From a virus (lineage: Duplodnaviria > Heunggongvirae > Uroviricota > Caudoviricetes), in IMG/VR virus record IMGVR_UViG_3300042922_000906, positions 40,054 through 104,053 of that record: 64,000 nucleotides of DNA. The stretch is one strand, 5' to 3'. The position numbers and the translations under genes were made by a program. Within the stretch, counting starts at the first letter, position 1, and the number at the start of each line of letters is the position of its first letter. The notes below the pieces were generated by a model, which was not told where the DNA came from, made no database searches, and was given only the letters and a program-made list of their open reading frames with translations. Below are positions 1 through 9,122 of the stretch, one piece after another.

Positions 1-98
1 GGCGTGGAATGAGGTAAACGAGAGTTTAACACATAGTTATTTTTATAGATTGGTTGTGAATAAATAGTTTAAATAGAAGGTGGAATTCATATCATAAT

Positions 99-350
99 TT
101 GAAAGGATGGATAAAAATGATGTCAATGTATGAGTATGTAAGAGATATAGTTAAAAATAGCTATAGAGCAAAAGGAAATAATGAATTAGCTGGTATGATA
201 CATGATGAAATGAATAGATATTTTAAAACTGATAATATTCATGTGTTTGTGCAAGATGGGATTATACTGGTTTATGTTGCAGATTTAAAATTATGTGAGT
301 TTAAAACTGAAATAGGAAATGACTCTATGTGGGTAACAGAAGTCATATAA
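99..350 (+). CDS. hypothetical protein
   Basis: Six-frame ORF of 83 aa in the dominant + orientation. Has an upstream AGGTGG-like SD. No recognisable motif. Confidence 0.3.
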   Translation: MKGWIKMMSMYEYVRDIVKNSYRAKGNNELAGMIHDEMNRYFKTDNIHVFVQDGIILVYVADLKLCEFKTEIGNDSMWVTEVI

Positions 351-406
351 TAGTGCATGAAATAAGATATTTGTTAAAAGTGTATAACAGAAAGGCGGAA
401 ATAGTA

Positions 407-784
407 ATGGACGAAATTAAAATTAATCATGAAGCAATTAATAGAATTGCTAATGAAATTCAGCATGAATGGAATATAGAGTTTGCAGGATATGAAGGAA
501 AGATTATCTATAGACCTCATAGAGGAGGCACTGTATTTGATTCTTTAGAAGAAGCTAAAGAGTTTGATAGTATTCAAGAAATGAAAGAATATATAGTTAA
601 ACAATGGGATAATTATTTCTTAGTTGAAGATATTGTTATAATAGGCAAGCCTTTGAATGATAATAGAATCAATTGGAAAGATGTTAGATATGTTTGCTCA
701 AAAAGATTCGGTAATGAGGATAATATAGCTAAATACGGTACACCACAATGTATAGGATATTGTGCTACAGAGTATGTAAAATGA
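407..784 (+). CDS. hypothetical protein (start moved to the internal ATG at 407 behind an AAAGGCGGA SD)
   Basis: The tracked ORF 329..784 overlaps the previous gene. The in-frame ATG at 407 has a good SD. No motif recognised. Confidence 0.35.
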   Translation: MDEIKINHEAINRIANEIQHEWNIEFAGYEGKIIYRPHRGGTVFDSLEEAKEFDSIQEMKEYIVKQWDNYFLVEDIVIIGKPLNDNRINWKDVRYVCSKRFGNEDNIAKYGTPQCIGYCATEYVK

Positions 785-838
785 AGAAAATAAGGATGTA
801 CAGACCAATAAAATAAGAATTTTAAATGGAGGGGGTTT

Positions 839-1318
839 ATGTCTGAAGCAATTAAGACACAAGATATAAATGAGTTAGAATATGGTGCTCAATATAAACA
901 ACATATATTAGAACAATATAAGTTATATGTAGAAATGGCTGACAGAATAAGCCAAAGAAGAATAACATCAAATACATTCTTTGTAACACTTACATCTTTA
1001 ATACTCACAACCTACGGAGTCATAAAGTCTTCATTATTTGTGCCAAGTATTTGTATTTTATTTGCTGGAGTGCTTTTATCGTTTTCTTGGTATAATATAG
1101 TAAATAGTTATAAACAAATTAACTCAGTAAAATGGCATTTAGTACATGAAATCGAAAAGTCGTTACCAATATGCCCATATACTTACGAATGGATAAAAGC
1201 AGGAGAAGGTAAAGTAAAAAAGAAATATAATCCTACGAGCCATATAGAAAAAAAATTACCATTAATATTTGGCTTGATATTTTTGGTACTTTTAATAAAC
1301 AGTATATTTACATATTAG
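839..1318 (+). CDS. small polytopic membrane protein (about 3 TM), candidate effector partner of the downstream TIR protein
   Basis: SD GGAGGGGG lies before the ATG. Hydrophobic helices: FFVTLTSLILTTYGVI, FVPSICILFAGVLLSFSWYNIV and a C-terminal LPLIFGLIFLVLLINSIF. It ends 18 nt before the TIR gene. Confidence 0.5.
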   Translation: MSEAIKTQDINELEYGAQYKQHILEQYKLYVEMADRISQRRITSNTFFVTLTSLILTTYGVIKSSLFVPSICILFAGVLLSFSWYNIVNSYKQINSVKWHLVHEIEKSLPICPYTYEWIKAGEGKVKKKYNPTSHIEKKLPLIFGLIFLVLLINSIFTY

Positions 1319-1335
1319 AAAGTGAGGTCTTTAGT

Positions 1336-1746
1336 ATGCCAGACTTAAAAACTTATGACTTATTTATAAGTCACGCTTGGGATTACAATAGTGAATATTA
1401 TAATCTAGAAAGAATGTTAAAGGACGCACCATATTTTTATTTTAGAAATTATAGTGTACCTCAACATGATAGTTTGCAAGTTAATACCGACTATGCTCTT
1501 GATGATGGACTATGGAAACAAATTAGACCAGTAAACACTGTATTAATTTTATCTGGAATGTATTACAATCATAGAAAATGGATTCAGAGAGAAATAGAGA
1601 TTGCTCAAGCTCTAAATAAACCAATAATTGGTGTTATTCCTTGGGGGCAAGAGAGAATTCCATCGGAAGTAAGTGGAGTTGCGAAAACAATGGTTCATTG
1701 GAACACATCATCAATAATTGATGCAATAAGAAATTACTCAATATAA
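1336..1746 (+). CDS. standalone TIR-domain protein (ThsB-like, putative NADase)
   Basis: N-terminal beta-A motif YDLFISHAWDY. An alphaC-like motif RKWIQREIEIA gives the W-x3-E arrangement typical of catalytic TIR NADases. A beta-D-like PIIGVIPWG is also present. Length 136 aa. Confidence 0.6.
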   Translation: MPDLKTYDLFISHAWDYNSEYYNLERMLKDAPYFYFRNYSVPQHDSLQVNTDYALDDGLWKQIRPVNTVLILSGMYYNHRKWIQREIEIAQALNKPIIGVIPWGQERIPSEVSGVAKTMVHWNTSSIIDAIRNYSI

Positions 1747-1751
1747 GCCAA

Positions 1752-1773
1752 TTGCTCCTATTATTAGGAGCAA
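1752..1773 (+). terminator. hairpin with an 8-bp stem (TTGCTCCT/AGGAGCAA) downstream of the TIR gene; no U-tract
   Basis: Perfect inverted repeat read directly from the sequence. May act as a terminator or an RNA stability element. Confidence 0.3.
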
Positions 1774-1822
1774 TATACATAAGGAATTAAAATACTATTT
1801 ATTATGTTTTGGAGGAAATATT

Positions 1823-2047
1823 ATGGCTTGGGAAGATGGAAATGTCAGTAGTGTAGAAGTCCTTATTATTGCAGGAGATACGTTATTTGATAGAAAAAAT
1901 TATAAACATGCTGTAAGAAAGTATCAGGAGGCATATAATAGTGCAATGTGTATTAAAAATGAAAAAACACGAAAATCATTAGCTATGTTGGCTGGAGATA
2001 AATTAAAAGAGGCACAAAGATTACGTGATATAGAAATAAGTGAATAA
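1823..2047 (+). CDS. hypothetical small helical protein
   Basis: ORF of 74 aa. The ATACATAAGGA motif at 1785-1795 precedes it. Confidence 0.35.
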   Translation: MAWEDGNVSSVEVLIIAGDTLFDRKNYKHAVRKYQEAYNSAMCIKNEKTRKSLAMLAGDKLKEAQRLRDIEISE

Positions 2048-2204
2048 TCTATATTACATTAACTAAATAAAATCCAAAATTTGTTATTTAAATGTTAATT
2101 GTTTTATTTCTGCCCTCTCTTATCCAAAATACTAACTATTCAATCCCTATTATATGCTGTACAATAATTTTGTAAACACTAATTTAGAGAGGATTGCAGC
2201 AGAT

Positions 2205-2924
2205 ATGGAAAAAATTAAAGTAATCGTTGCAGATGATAATGAAGTAATTTTAGAAGTCATGAAAGAATTAATTAACGGGCAAACGGATATGGAGGTTATA
2301 GGCGAATATAATAACGGGGAATCGGCTTATGAAGCAATAATAAAAATGCAACCTGATGTTATTATTTTGGATATATTAATGCCTATATGGGATGGATTAG
2401 AAGTATTAAAGCAGCTAAGAAATAATTATAACAAGAAAATTACTAAAATAGTTTTTTCAAGTGAGGCAAAAGAAGTTCAAAGAAAATTGGCAGATGGTGT
2501 TTTAGATGATGTATATTACTTTACAAAACCCTTTAAATTTGAGTTGTTTATTGAAAGAATTAAAATGGCATATTATGAGAGCAGTAAAAAGGATGCTGAA
2601 CATATAATTCATGAGTTTTTAGAAGGACTAGTGTTAACTGAATCAGGAAAGAAATATATATCACAAAGTGTAATGCTTCTGATCAATGATAGAACTTTAT
2701 TAACCAAGGATTTTTGTACAATTATCGCCAACAAGGAAGGGACTACTTGGAACAATATTCAAAGAAAAATAAGATATTCAATAGAACTTGCTTATAAGAG
2801 TTCTGAAAGTAGTAAATTGAATACTGCATTTGGACAATCAACATTAGGAACATTTAAAATGGACTTAAATATCAAAACTATGTTATTACATTTTAGTGAT
2901 AAGGTAAGTAAAATGATGGCCTGA
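2205..2924 (+). CDS. spo0A: Spo0A-like response regulator (receiver domain plus Spo0A_C-like DNA-binding domain)
   Basis: From the ATG at 2205 the N-terminus reads MEKIKVIVADDNEVILEVMKELINGQTDMEVIGEYNNGESAYEAIIKMQPDVIILDILMPIWDGLEVLKQL. This parallels B. subtilis Spo0A MEKIKVCVADDNREL...PDVLVLDIIMPHLDGLAVLERL, including the phospho-acceptor Asp. The C-terminus IIHEFLEG...RKIRYSIELAY...AFGQST resembles the Spo0A_C core (IIHEIGVP...RVERAIRHAIEVAW...LFGYT). Confidence 0.7.
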   Translation: MEKIKVIVADDNEVILEVMKELINGQTDMEVIGEYNNGESAYEAIIKMQPDVIILDILMPIWDGLEVLKQLRNNYNKKITKIVFSSEAKEVQRKLADGVLDDVYYFTKPFKFELFIERIKMAYYESSKKDAEHIIHEFLEGLVLTESGKKYISQSVMLLINDRTLLTKDFCTIIANKEGTTWNNIQRKIRYSIELAYKSSESSKLNTAFGQSTLGTFKMDLNIKTMLLHFSDKVSKMMA

Positions 2925-3395
2925 TGTAGATGGAAGAAACAGTAAAGAAACAATTAAAGTTTTTTAAATTAATTGTTTTAAGCAAAATGCCTATATGTAA
3001 ATGATTGCTTCTGAGTGGATGGTTATACTCAACTGTTTTACCTGTTTCTAACAATTAAGCCCTATTTACAGACAAAAGAAACTGATATACAATTGAAATT
3101 AATAAAGCTTTGAAACATAGTAACGGTACGATTTTGGAAAGATTATACTATAAAAAATTAAAGGAGTGAACTTTTAAATTATACATAAGGAATACAATTG
3201 TTAATCTTAAGAAATCGGGAATAAAACTTCCATTTACACTAATACTATGAAAATATTAACACCCTCAAATTTTATATCTTTACAATAATTTTGTTCGAGT
3301 ATATAATGGAAAAAGAACAAGTGTTCGATTTTATAAATAAGAGGTGAGCGAAAAATGTTATGTAAACTGTGGAAATATTGTAATAGGGGGTTAAA

Positions 3396-3779
3396 ATGGT
3401 TAGAGAGATTACGATGAATGAATTTGAGCAAATTATGAATGCTGCTAATGGAAACTATTTATGCACAACATTTTTCGGGTCGATAGTTGAATCCAAAACT
3501 TATAGAGGGTTTGATTTTCTAAGTGGAAGTAATGGTACTTACCTGTTTAGAGATATACTAGACGATGATTTTGAATTTAATATTGAAAAAATTAAAATAA
3601 TAACTATTGTTCATGATTATGAAAAGGACGAGGAGGAAAATCAAATTTCATTATTGTTTAGAAATGGAGATTCTTTAATAATTAATTTCTATATGAATGA
3701 TATGAATAAATTAATAAATAAGGACAAAAAGAAAGACCGTGTGCTTGTATGCGCAGCAGGTCAATATTCACTCAATTAA
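3396..3779 (+). CDS. hypothetical protein
   Basis: ORF of 127 aa with a GGGGG SD. No motif recognised. Confidence 0.35.
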   Translation: MVREITMNEFEQIMNAANGNYLCTTFFGSIVESKTYRGFDFLSGSNGTYLFRDILDDDFEFNIEKIKIITIVHDYEKDEEENQISLLFRNGDSLIINFYMNDMNKLINKDKKKDRVLVCAAGQYSLN

Positions 3780-3860
3780 AAGTATAAAGATAAGTTTATA
3801 AGTTGTCAAGGTGTGGTGGCAACTTATAAATACTATTAACTAAAACATTATAATATATTA

Positions 3861-3889
3861 TTGACAATGGACTGTATATTTGATAAAAT
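3861..3889 (+). promoter_or_regulatory. sigma-A-type promoter (TTGACA, 17 nt spacer, TAAAAT) upstream of def
   Basis: Consensus -35 at 3861-3866 and a -10 at 3884-3889. The ATACATAAGGA motif at 3950-3960 follows. Confidence 0.5.
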
Positions 3890-3970
3890 TTATACATAAT
3901 AAGGAAATAAAATCGCTGTTTTAAAGGGTATTGAAATTAAAATAAAATAATACATAAGGAGTGTTGTTAT

Positions 3971-4432
3971 ATGAAAATTGTAATAGAGGAAAAAGAACTT
4001 AGGGAAAAATGTATAGAGGTAAATGATAGTGATAAGCCGAAAGAAATAAACGAATTAATAAGTGAAATGATCAAAACAATGATTGAAAATCAAGGCGTGG
4101 GAATAGCTGCTCCACAAGTAGGAATCAATAAAAGATTATTTATTGCGGTTATTGATAAAAAAATTGAAATATTTATTAATCCTGAAGTAATAGATAAAAG
4201 TGATGAAATGACAGAGGACACAGAAGGGTGTTTAAGTGTTCCTAACTGCTTTGGAACAGTCCCAAGACATAAAAATATTACAATAAAATATTGTAACGGC
4301 AGAGAGTTTATAGAACAAAAATTCGAAGGATTTAATGCTAGAGTGGTACAACATGAATATGATCATTTGGAAGGGATTTTATATACTGATAAGGCTGTTA
4401 ATATCCAAAGTAAAGAGTTGATTAAGGTTTAA
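3971..4432 (+). CDS. def: peptide deformylase
   Basis: All three PDF motifs are present: GVGIAAPQVG, EGCLSVP and QHEYDHLEG (HExxH). Confidence 0.85.
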   Translation: MKIVIEEKELREKCIEVNDSDKPKEINELISEMIKTMIENQGVGIAAPQVGINKRLFIAVIDKKIEIFINPEVIDKSDEMTEDTEGCLSVPNCFGTVPRHKNITIKYCNGREFIEQKFEGFNARVVQHEYDHLEGILYTDKAVNIQSKELIKV

Positions 4433-4468
4433 ACCAATAGAATTTGTGATTTAATGGGAGGTTTTATA

Positions 4469-4630
4469 ATGGATAAATTTAAAAAATGGTTAGATGAATC
4501 TATAGAAACTATAGAGGGTGCAATTAATGAATCTGGATGTAATAGCAGAGATTGGCTTAAAGACAGATTATATATGTTGAATCTTGTTAAAGAAAATTAC
4601 AATAAGTTTAACAATGATTCAATGAAATAG
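4469..4630 (+). CDS. small hypothetical protein (53 aa; not in the ORF track)
   Basis: GGGAGG SD lies 8 nt before the ATG. The open frame runs MDKFKKWLDESIETIEG... Confidence 0.3.
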   Translation: MDKFKKWLDESIETIEGAINESGCNSRDWLKDRLYMLNLVKENYNKFNNDSMK

Positions 4631-4656
4631 TGGTTTTAAGTTAAAGGAGATTAAAT

Positions 4657-4932
4657 ATGTTTACTTGGGATTTGGAAAAATGTGATATGGAAATATATGA
4701 ACATGGACATATGGTAATGATGTGTTGTATTCCTAATAAAGATTGTAATAATTTTATTGAAGAGATATCAAATATTATTGGTTATAAACTTGATTATTCA
4801 AATGCGGCTGGAAGAAATATAATTAAATGCTATGCAAAAGATTATGATAATGTATCAAAAATACTTCCTAATTTGGATAAATCACTGTTTACAAAATATA
4901 ACATGGACGATAGTGGATATAACTTTTATTAA
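4657..4932 (+). CDS. hypothetical Cys/His-containing protein
   Basis: ORF of 91 aa with an AAGGAG SD. Confidence 0.35.
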   Translation: MFTWDLEKCDMEIYEHGHMVMMCCIPNKDCNNFIEEISNIIGYKLDYSNAAGRNIIKCYAKDYDNVSKILPNLDKSLFTKYNMDDSGYNFY

Positions 4933-5055
4933 ATAGGCAAACAATACAGTAGATTTAAGTAAATTAATATAATAGGATGTTGTGTATGGGCAAATATCAA
5001 AACGTTCAAGAAATATTAAAAGGTGTGAATGTATTAGAGGAGGTGATTTATTTAA

Positions 5056-5289
5056 ATGATAATGAATATGACAATAACTAGAACATCAAATATAGATTAC
5101 GATTCCATGAAATATATCAATGATGGATTTATTAGTAAGTATTCAGCAGATTGGAATGACACAATAGAAATATTGGACATTAACAACGGAGAAATTAAAT
5201 TTATTCAAGTCAAAAATTTATCTTTATATGATCATAGGCTTATTATGTTTAGTGATCAATGGCATATTATAGAAGCATTAAGTAAATAA
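5056..5289 (+). CDS. hypothetical protein
   Basis: ORF of 77 aa with a GGAGG SD. Confidence 0.3.
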   Translation: MIMNMTITRTSNIDYDSMKYINDGFISKYSADWNDTIEILDINNGEIKFIQVKNLSLYDHRLIMFSDQWHIIEALSK

Positions 5290-5340
5290 CAGATTAGATT
5301 TTAAAGATAAGTAAAAATATGGTATGATGATTATATAGGA

Positions 5341-5643
5341 GTGGTGACTATGTTATTTCTTCAGGGGGAAAATCAAAAAGCAGTAGTATTTAATGAATTC
5401 GGTAGGTCTAACGATATCGTTATTCTATCTAATACATATTTGAGCATGGGAATTGATTATTACCAGTATGAATTTTTTGAAAATGCCAGAGAAATTTTTA
5501 AAGACATCTTAATTGAACAAGAAGTTAGATGGTTGTTGCTTTATACCAACGAATTAAAAGAGAACTTAAAAAAAGAAATTAACTGGATTATACAACTTGA
5601 AAAAGAAGGTATTATTGGTAATAGTATAATAGCTTGTAGATAG
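5341..5643 (+). CDS. hypothetical protein
   Basis: ORF of 100 aa. The start codon is ambiguous: GTG at 5341 or ATG at 5350. Confidence 0.3.
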   Translation: MVTMLFLQGENQKAVVFNEFGRSNDIVILSNTYLSMGIDYYQYEFFENAREIFKDILIEQEVRWLLLYTNELKENLKKEINWIIQLEKEGIIGNSIIACR

Positions 5644-5681
5644 ATAAAAATGATATTTTAAGTGGTAAGGAGATATAGATT

Positions 5682-6116
5682 ATGAAATTAGAAGATGCAA
5701 TAGAAATAGCGGCAAAGGCGCATAGGGGTCAATTAGATAAAGCAGGGCAACCATACATACTTCATCCATTACACGTAATGATGCAATGTAGACACAATGA
5801 AGATGTAAGAATAGTGGCAGTACTGCATGATGTAATTGAAGATGGAGTACAAGGTTATAGAGACTTTATAATTAATACTGGATTTAGACAAGAAATTATT
5901 GATGCTTTGGATTGTTTGACTCATGATAAAAAAGAGGACTACTTTGACTATATCAGCAGAATTAAAACCAATTCTTTAGCAAAGGAAGTAAAACTTTTAG
6001 ATTTAAAACATAATTGTGATCTAGAAAGGTTGCAAAAAGTTACTTATATAGATTTAAAAAGAGTTGCTAAATATAAAAAGGCTATTAATATTTTATTAGA
6101 TATTGAAGAAGATTGA
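5682..6116 (+). CDS. HD-domain (p)ppGpp hydrolase-like protein (small alarmone hydrolase / Mesh1-like)
   Basis: AHRGQLDKAGQPYILHPLHV...AVLHDVIEDG matches the RelA/SpoT-type HD hydrolase signature (H...HD...ED). Length 144 aa. Confidence 0.6.
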   Translation: MKLEDAIEIAAKAHRGQLDKAGQPYILHPLHVMMQCRHNEDVRIVAVLHDVIEDGVQGYRDFIINTGFRQEIIDALDCLTHDKKEDYFDYISRIKTNSLAKEVKLLDLKHNCDLERLQKVTYIDLKRVAKYKKAINILLDIEED

Positions 6117-6157
6117 AAATTTGAAATGGTTATTTTAAAAGGAGGCTAAAATTAATT

Positions 6158-6850
6158 ATGAGTGATATTGAAAAAGATTTAAAAAATTCAGCAGGAGATT
6201 ATGTGTATTCAGTTTCAAAAGGAATAGTTTCTAGTGTACCAGTTGCAGGTTCGGCAATATCGGAAATTCTATTTTCTGTTATATCTTCACCAATTGAAAA
6301 AAGAAAGAATGAGTGGATGATAAGGTTGTCTGAATCATTATTTGAATTAACGAAAAAAGTGGATAATTTTAATATTAATAATTTATCTGATAATGAGTTG
6401 TTTATAACCATAGTGTCACAAGCTACTCAAATTGCTTTAAGAAATCATCGACAAGAAAAACTAATGGCTTTAAGAAATGCTATAATTAATACTGCCTTGA
6501 ATATTAAAATTGCAGAAATAGAGCAAACAACATTTATTCAATTAGTAGATGAATTAAATATTTTACATTTAAGAATTTTATTGTTTTTCAAAAATCCTTC
6601 TCAATGGTTCATAGACAACAATGTTCGAAGACCCAATATTATTATGGGTTCTCCGCTTAGTATTTTAGAAATTGCATATAGTGATTTTTCAGATAATCAA
6701 CTTACAAATAGACTTATAAAAGATTTATATAATAGAGGATTATTTAGCACCGACAGCCTTGGCGGGATCATGACAGAAAGTGGGATATACGCAAGCAGAC
6801 TTACAGAGTATGGCCAGAGATTCTTAAACTATATAACTATAAATGATTGA
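6158..6850 (+). CDS. hypothetical protein (230 aa)
   Basis: ORF with a GGAGG SD. No motif recognised. Confidence 0.4.
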   Translation: MSDIEKDLKNSAGDYVYSVSKGIVSSVPVAGSAISEILFSVISSPIEKRKNEWMIRLSESLFELTKKVDNFNINNLSDNELFITIVSQATQIALRNHRQEKLMALRNAIINTALNIKIAEIEQTTFIQLVDELNILHLRILLFFKNPSQWFIDNNVRRPNIIMGSPLSILEIAYSDFSDNQLTNRLIKDLYNRGLFSTDSLGGIMTESGIYASRLTEYGQRFLNYITIND

Positions 6851-6856
6851 AACAAA

Positions 6857-7168
6857 TTGCGAGTTTTATTCACTTATAAAGAGGATGGATTAACTATGTT
6901 AGATTTTCATAATGTAAAAAGATATAAAAGATTTAACCTTCCAGAAGTTGATGGTGACAAATATTTAAGAAAAGATTTAGAAAAGTACATAATCATGCGT
7001 GATAATTTAATAAACAGCAAGAAAATTGATGTTAAAAAGCTGGAAGAACAAGAACTCAATTTTTTACAGGATGATTATAAATTCTTATGGGATTTTAGAG
7101 GTACAGGTGCAAGTAAGTTTATGGATTTAATTAAATTATATAAAGTGGAATGTAAGATTGCAGATTAG
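6857..7168 (+). CDS. hypothetical protein
   Basis: ORF of 103 aa. Confidence 0.3.
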   Translation: MRVLFTYKEDGLTMLDFHNVKRYKRFNLPEVDGDKYLRKDLEKYIIMRDNLINSKKIDVKKLEEQELNFLQDDYKFLWDFRGTGASKFMDLIKLYKVECKIAD

Positions 7169-7216
7169 CAAAGAGAACAGAAGATGATAAAATGTGAATT
7201 TTAAAAGGAGGGTCAT

Positions 7217-7399
7217 ATGGATATAGATAATATTACCATAATTGATTCAAACGATGGATGGGTTACCGTTTTCATTAACGGAGAACAATCTTATCAAAGC
7301 GAAAAAGAAAAGTTTAAATTTTCTGATTTAATTGGATGTCTACAAGTTAATTGGGATAAATTTAATGTAATACCAATGAGAAAGTTAATAAATGAATAA
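7217..7399 (+). CDS. hypothetical protein
   Basis: ORF of 60 aa with a GGAGGG SD. Confidence 0.3.
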   Translation: MDIDNITIIDSNDGWVTVFINGEQSYQSEKEKFKFSDLIGCLQVNWDKFNVIPMRKLINE

Positions 7400-7625
7400 A
7401 AAACGTATTTTAAAGGAGGATTATTATATGCAAGGGTTTACTGTCATATGCAATAAGTGTAGTAATCAAGCTAATCTAACAATAAAAAAATATGACGATA
7501 TGCCAGAGAATGTTTCATTTATAGAATCTGATAATGATACACTACAATTTTGCAAAAGCGATCATGATGTTGAAGAGATAGTATGCAAAAAATGTGGGAA
7601 TAAAGTAGTAAATGATTTTCGATAA
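7392..7625 (+). CDS. zinc-ribbon protein
   Basis: Two CxxC pairs (CNKCS...CKKCGNK). GGAGG SD. Confidence 0.35.
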   Translation: MNKKRILKEDYYMQGFTVICNKCSNQANLTIKKYDDMPENVSFIESDNDTLQFCKSDHDVEEIVCKKCGNKVVNDFR

Positions 7626-7703
7626 AAGACGGATTTTAAGCGCGGTACAAGTCTAATACGCACCAAATAAAAATTTTTATGAATCAAATAGGAGGATTAA
7701 TAA

Positions 7704-7922
7704 ATGAAAATAAGATTATTACAAAAAGAGTGTGACAATGGTAACTTGACTTGTAGGGATTGTACATATTACGAATCAGGAGATTCAAGTATTGGGCTTA
7801 ATGACGGCTGTACTCACCCGATTTTATATGATGAAGAAGGTAACATTATCGATGAGGTTGAAAGTCTAATTTTGGATTGTATAAACAACCCTAAACACTG
7901 CATCCTTTTAGAAAGGAAGTAA
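7704..7922 (+). CDS. Cys-rich hypothetical protein
   Basis: ORF of 72 aa with an AGGAGG SD. Confidence 0.35.
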   Translation: MKIRLLQKECDNGNLTCRDCTYYESGDSSIGLNDGCTHPILYDEEGNIIDEVESLILDCINNPKHCILLERK

Positions 7923-7923
7923 T

Positions 7924-8229
7924 ATGAACAATAAAGATAGGCGAGTATTTAATGCAATACGTGAGTACACACAAATATTTAAAGCTTTAAATCCTGCTGA
8001 TACTTATGCAAACTCAATTCATCAAGAAGCTAGCCATTATGCACATATGATTATTGAAGATTTGATTAGAAAACATTTAGCTGGACTTGATGTTACTCAA
8101 GAAATTGAATTATTAAAAGGAAACTATGAGAACTTTAGTTTAAAGTCAAAAGAACATAGTTTAAAACAAAAAAATTACAGTGATTTATTAGGCGATTTAA
8201 TGAAAAGCAACAGTGATTTTAAACAGTAA
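7924..8229 (+). CDS. hypothetical protein
   Basis: ORF of 101 aa abutting the previous stop codon. Confidence 0.35.
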   Translation: MNNKDRRVFNAIREYTQIFKALNPADTYANSIHQEASHYAHMIIEDLIRKHLAGLDVTQEIELLKGNYENFSLKSKEHSLKQKNYSDLLGDLMKSNSDFKQ

Positions 8230-8273
8230 AAATAATTCGCATAATGAATATTATCTGAAAGAAGGAACATTTT

Positions 8274-8645
8274 ATGAATAATGACATGGATAGCATATGT
8301 ATTGATATTATTGAGCAATTATTAATATTATTAAAAAATGATCCAGAACATGCATTGATTACTTATGGATTATTATCTGAGAAATTAAGTACTAAAATTA
8401 ATCCTCGTAATTTAGATTATCCTTTGGGTATTGTATCTGATGTATGTAAAGAATTAGGTATGCCATTATTAAGTACTCTTGTTGTTAGTAAGAGCACATA
8501 TATGCCTGGAACTGGGTATTTTAAATACTATTATCCCGATGCTAAAGAAGCTGAATATAATAATATTTTTAAAAGAAATGTAAAAGAGGTAAGAGAATAT
8601 AAACATTGGCATGAATTGGCTGAAGGTATGGGTATAAAAATTTAG
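8274..8645 (+). CDS. hypothetical protein
   Basis: ORF of 123 aa. Confidence 0.35.
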   Translation: MNNDMDSICIDIIEQLLILLKNDPEHALITYGLLSEKLSTKINPRNLDYPLGIVSDVCKELGMPLLSTLVVSKSTYMPGTGYFKYYYPDAKEAEYNNIFKRNVKEVREYKHWHELAEGMGIKI

Positions 8646-8674
8646 TTTTATTGGGTTATAGGAGGTAATATTAA

Positions 8675-8827
8675 ATGGAAGAATTATTAAAAGAATTACA
8701 AGAAAAACTTAATCAAGTAAAATCTACTTCTGCAAATTACTTATCAGATTATGAAGAAGGTTGCAGAGATGCAAGAATTGATATGCTGAAAGAAATTATT
8801 CTACTTGTTGAAAAGAAAATAATTTAG
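8675..8827 (+). CDS. small hypothetical protein (50 aa; not in the track)
   Basis: AGGAGG SD. A TTTAGTTTTATTGGG element lies upstream. Confidence 0.3.
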   Translation: MEELLKELQEKLNQVKSTSANYLSDYEEGCRDARIDMLKEIILLVEKKII

Positions 8828-8855
8828 TTTTATTGGGAAGTGGGAGGAAGAACAT

Positions 8856-9122
8856 ATGCAAGAAATCAAATATACAGAGAGCGAAAAGTTAAAAGCAATA
8901 TCAGAACAATCACAACTATGTGGTGAATTTTTAGAATGGTTGATGTCAAAGTACAATTTAATTGACAGAAATGAGAAATTTGAAACCCCTAGTATTCCAA
9001 TAGGCTTTTCATCATTTGTTAAAATTGATAATCTTTTGGCTGAATTTTTCGATATAGACATGAGTTTAGTGGAAAAGGAAAGAATACAAATGATTGAAGA
9101 AATGAGAAATAGAAATGGTTAA
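8856..9122 (+). CDS. hypothetical protein
   Basis: ORF of 88 aa with a GGGAGGAAG SD. Preceded by the second copy of TTTAGTTTTATTGGG. Confidence 0.35.
   Translation: MQEIKYTESEKLKAISEQSQLCGEFLEWLMSKYNLIDRNEKFETPSIPIGFSSFVKIDNLLAEFFDIDMSLVEKERIQMIEEMRNRNG

Noticed and set aside
2154-2204. N-terminal 17-aa extension of the Spo0A-like ORF (tracked start at 2154)
   Set aside because: The ATG at 2205 is preceded by an SD (GAGAGGA) and yields MEKIKV..., matching the native Spo0A N-terminus. The upstream extension has no SD and no homology.
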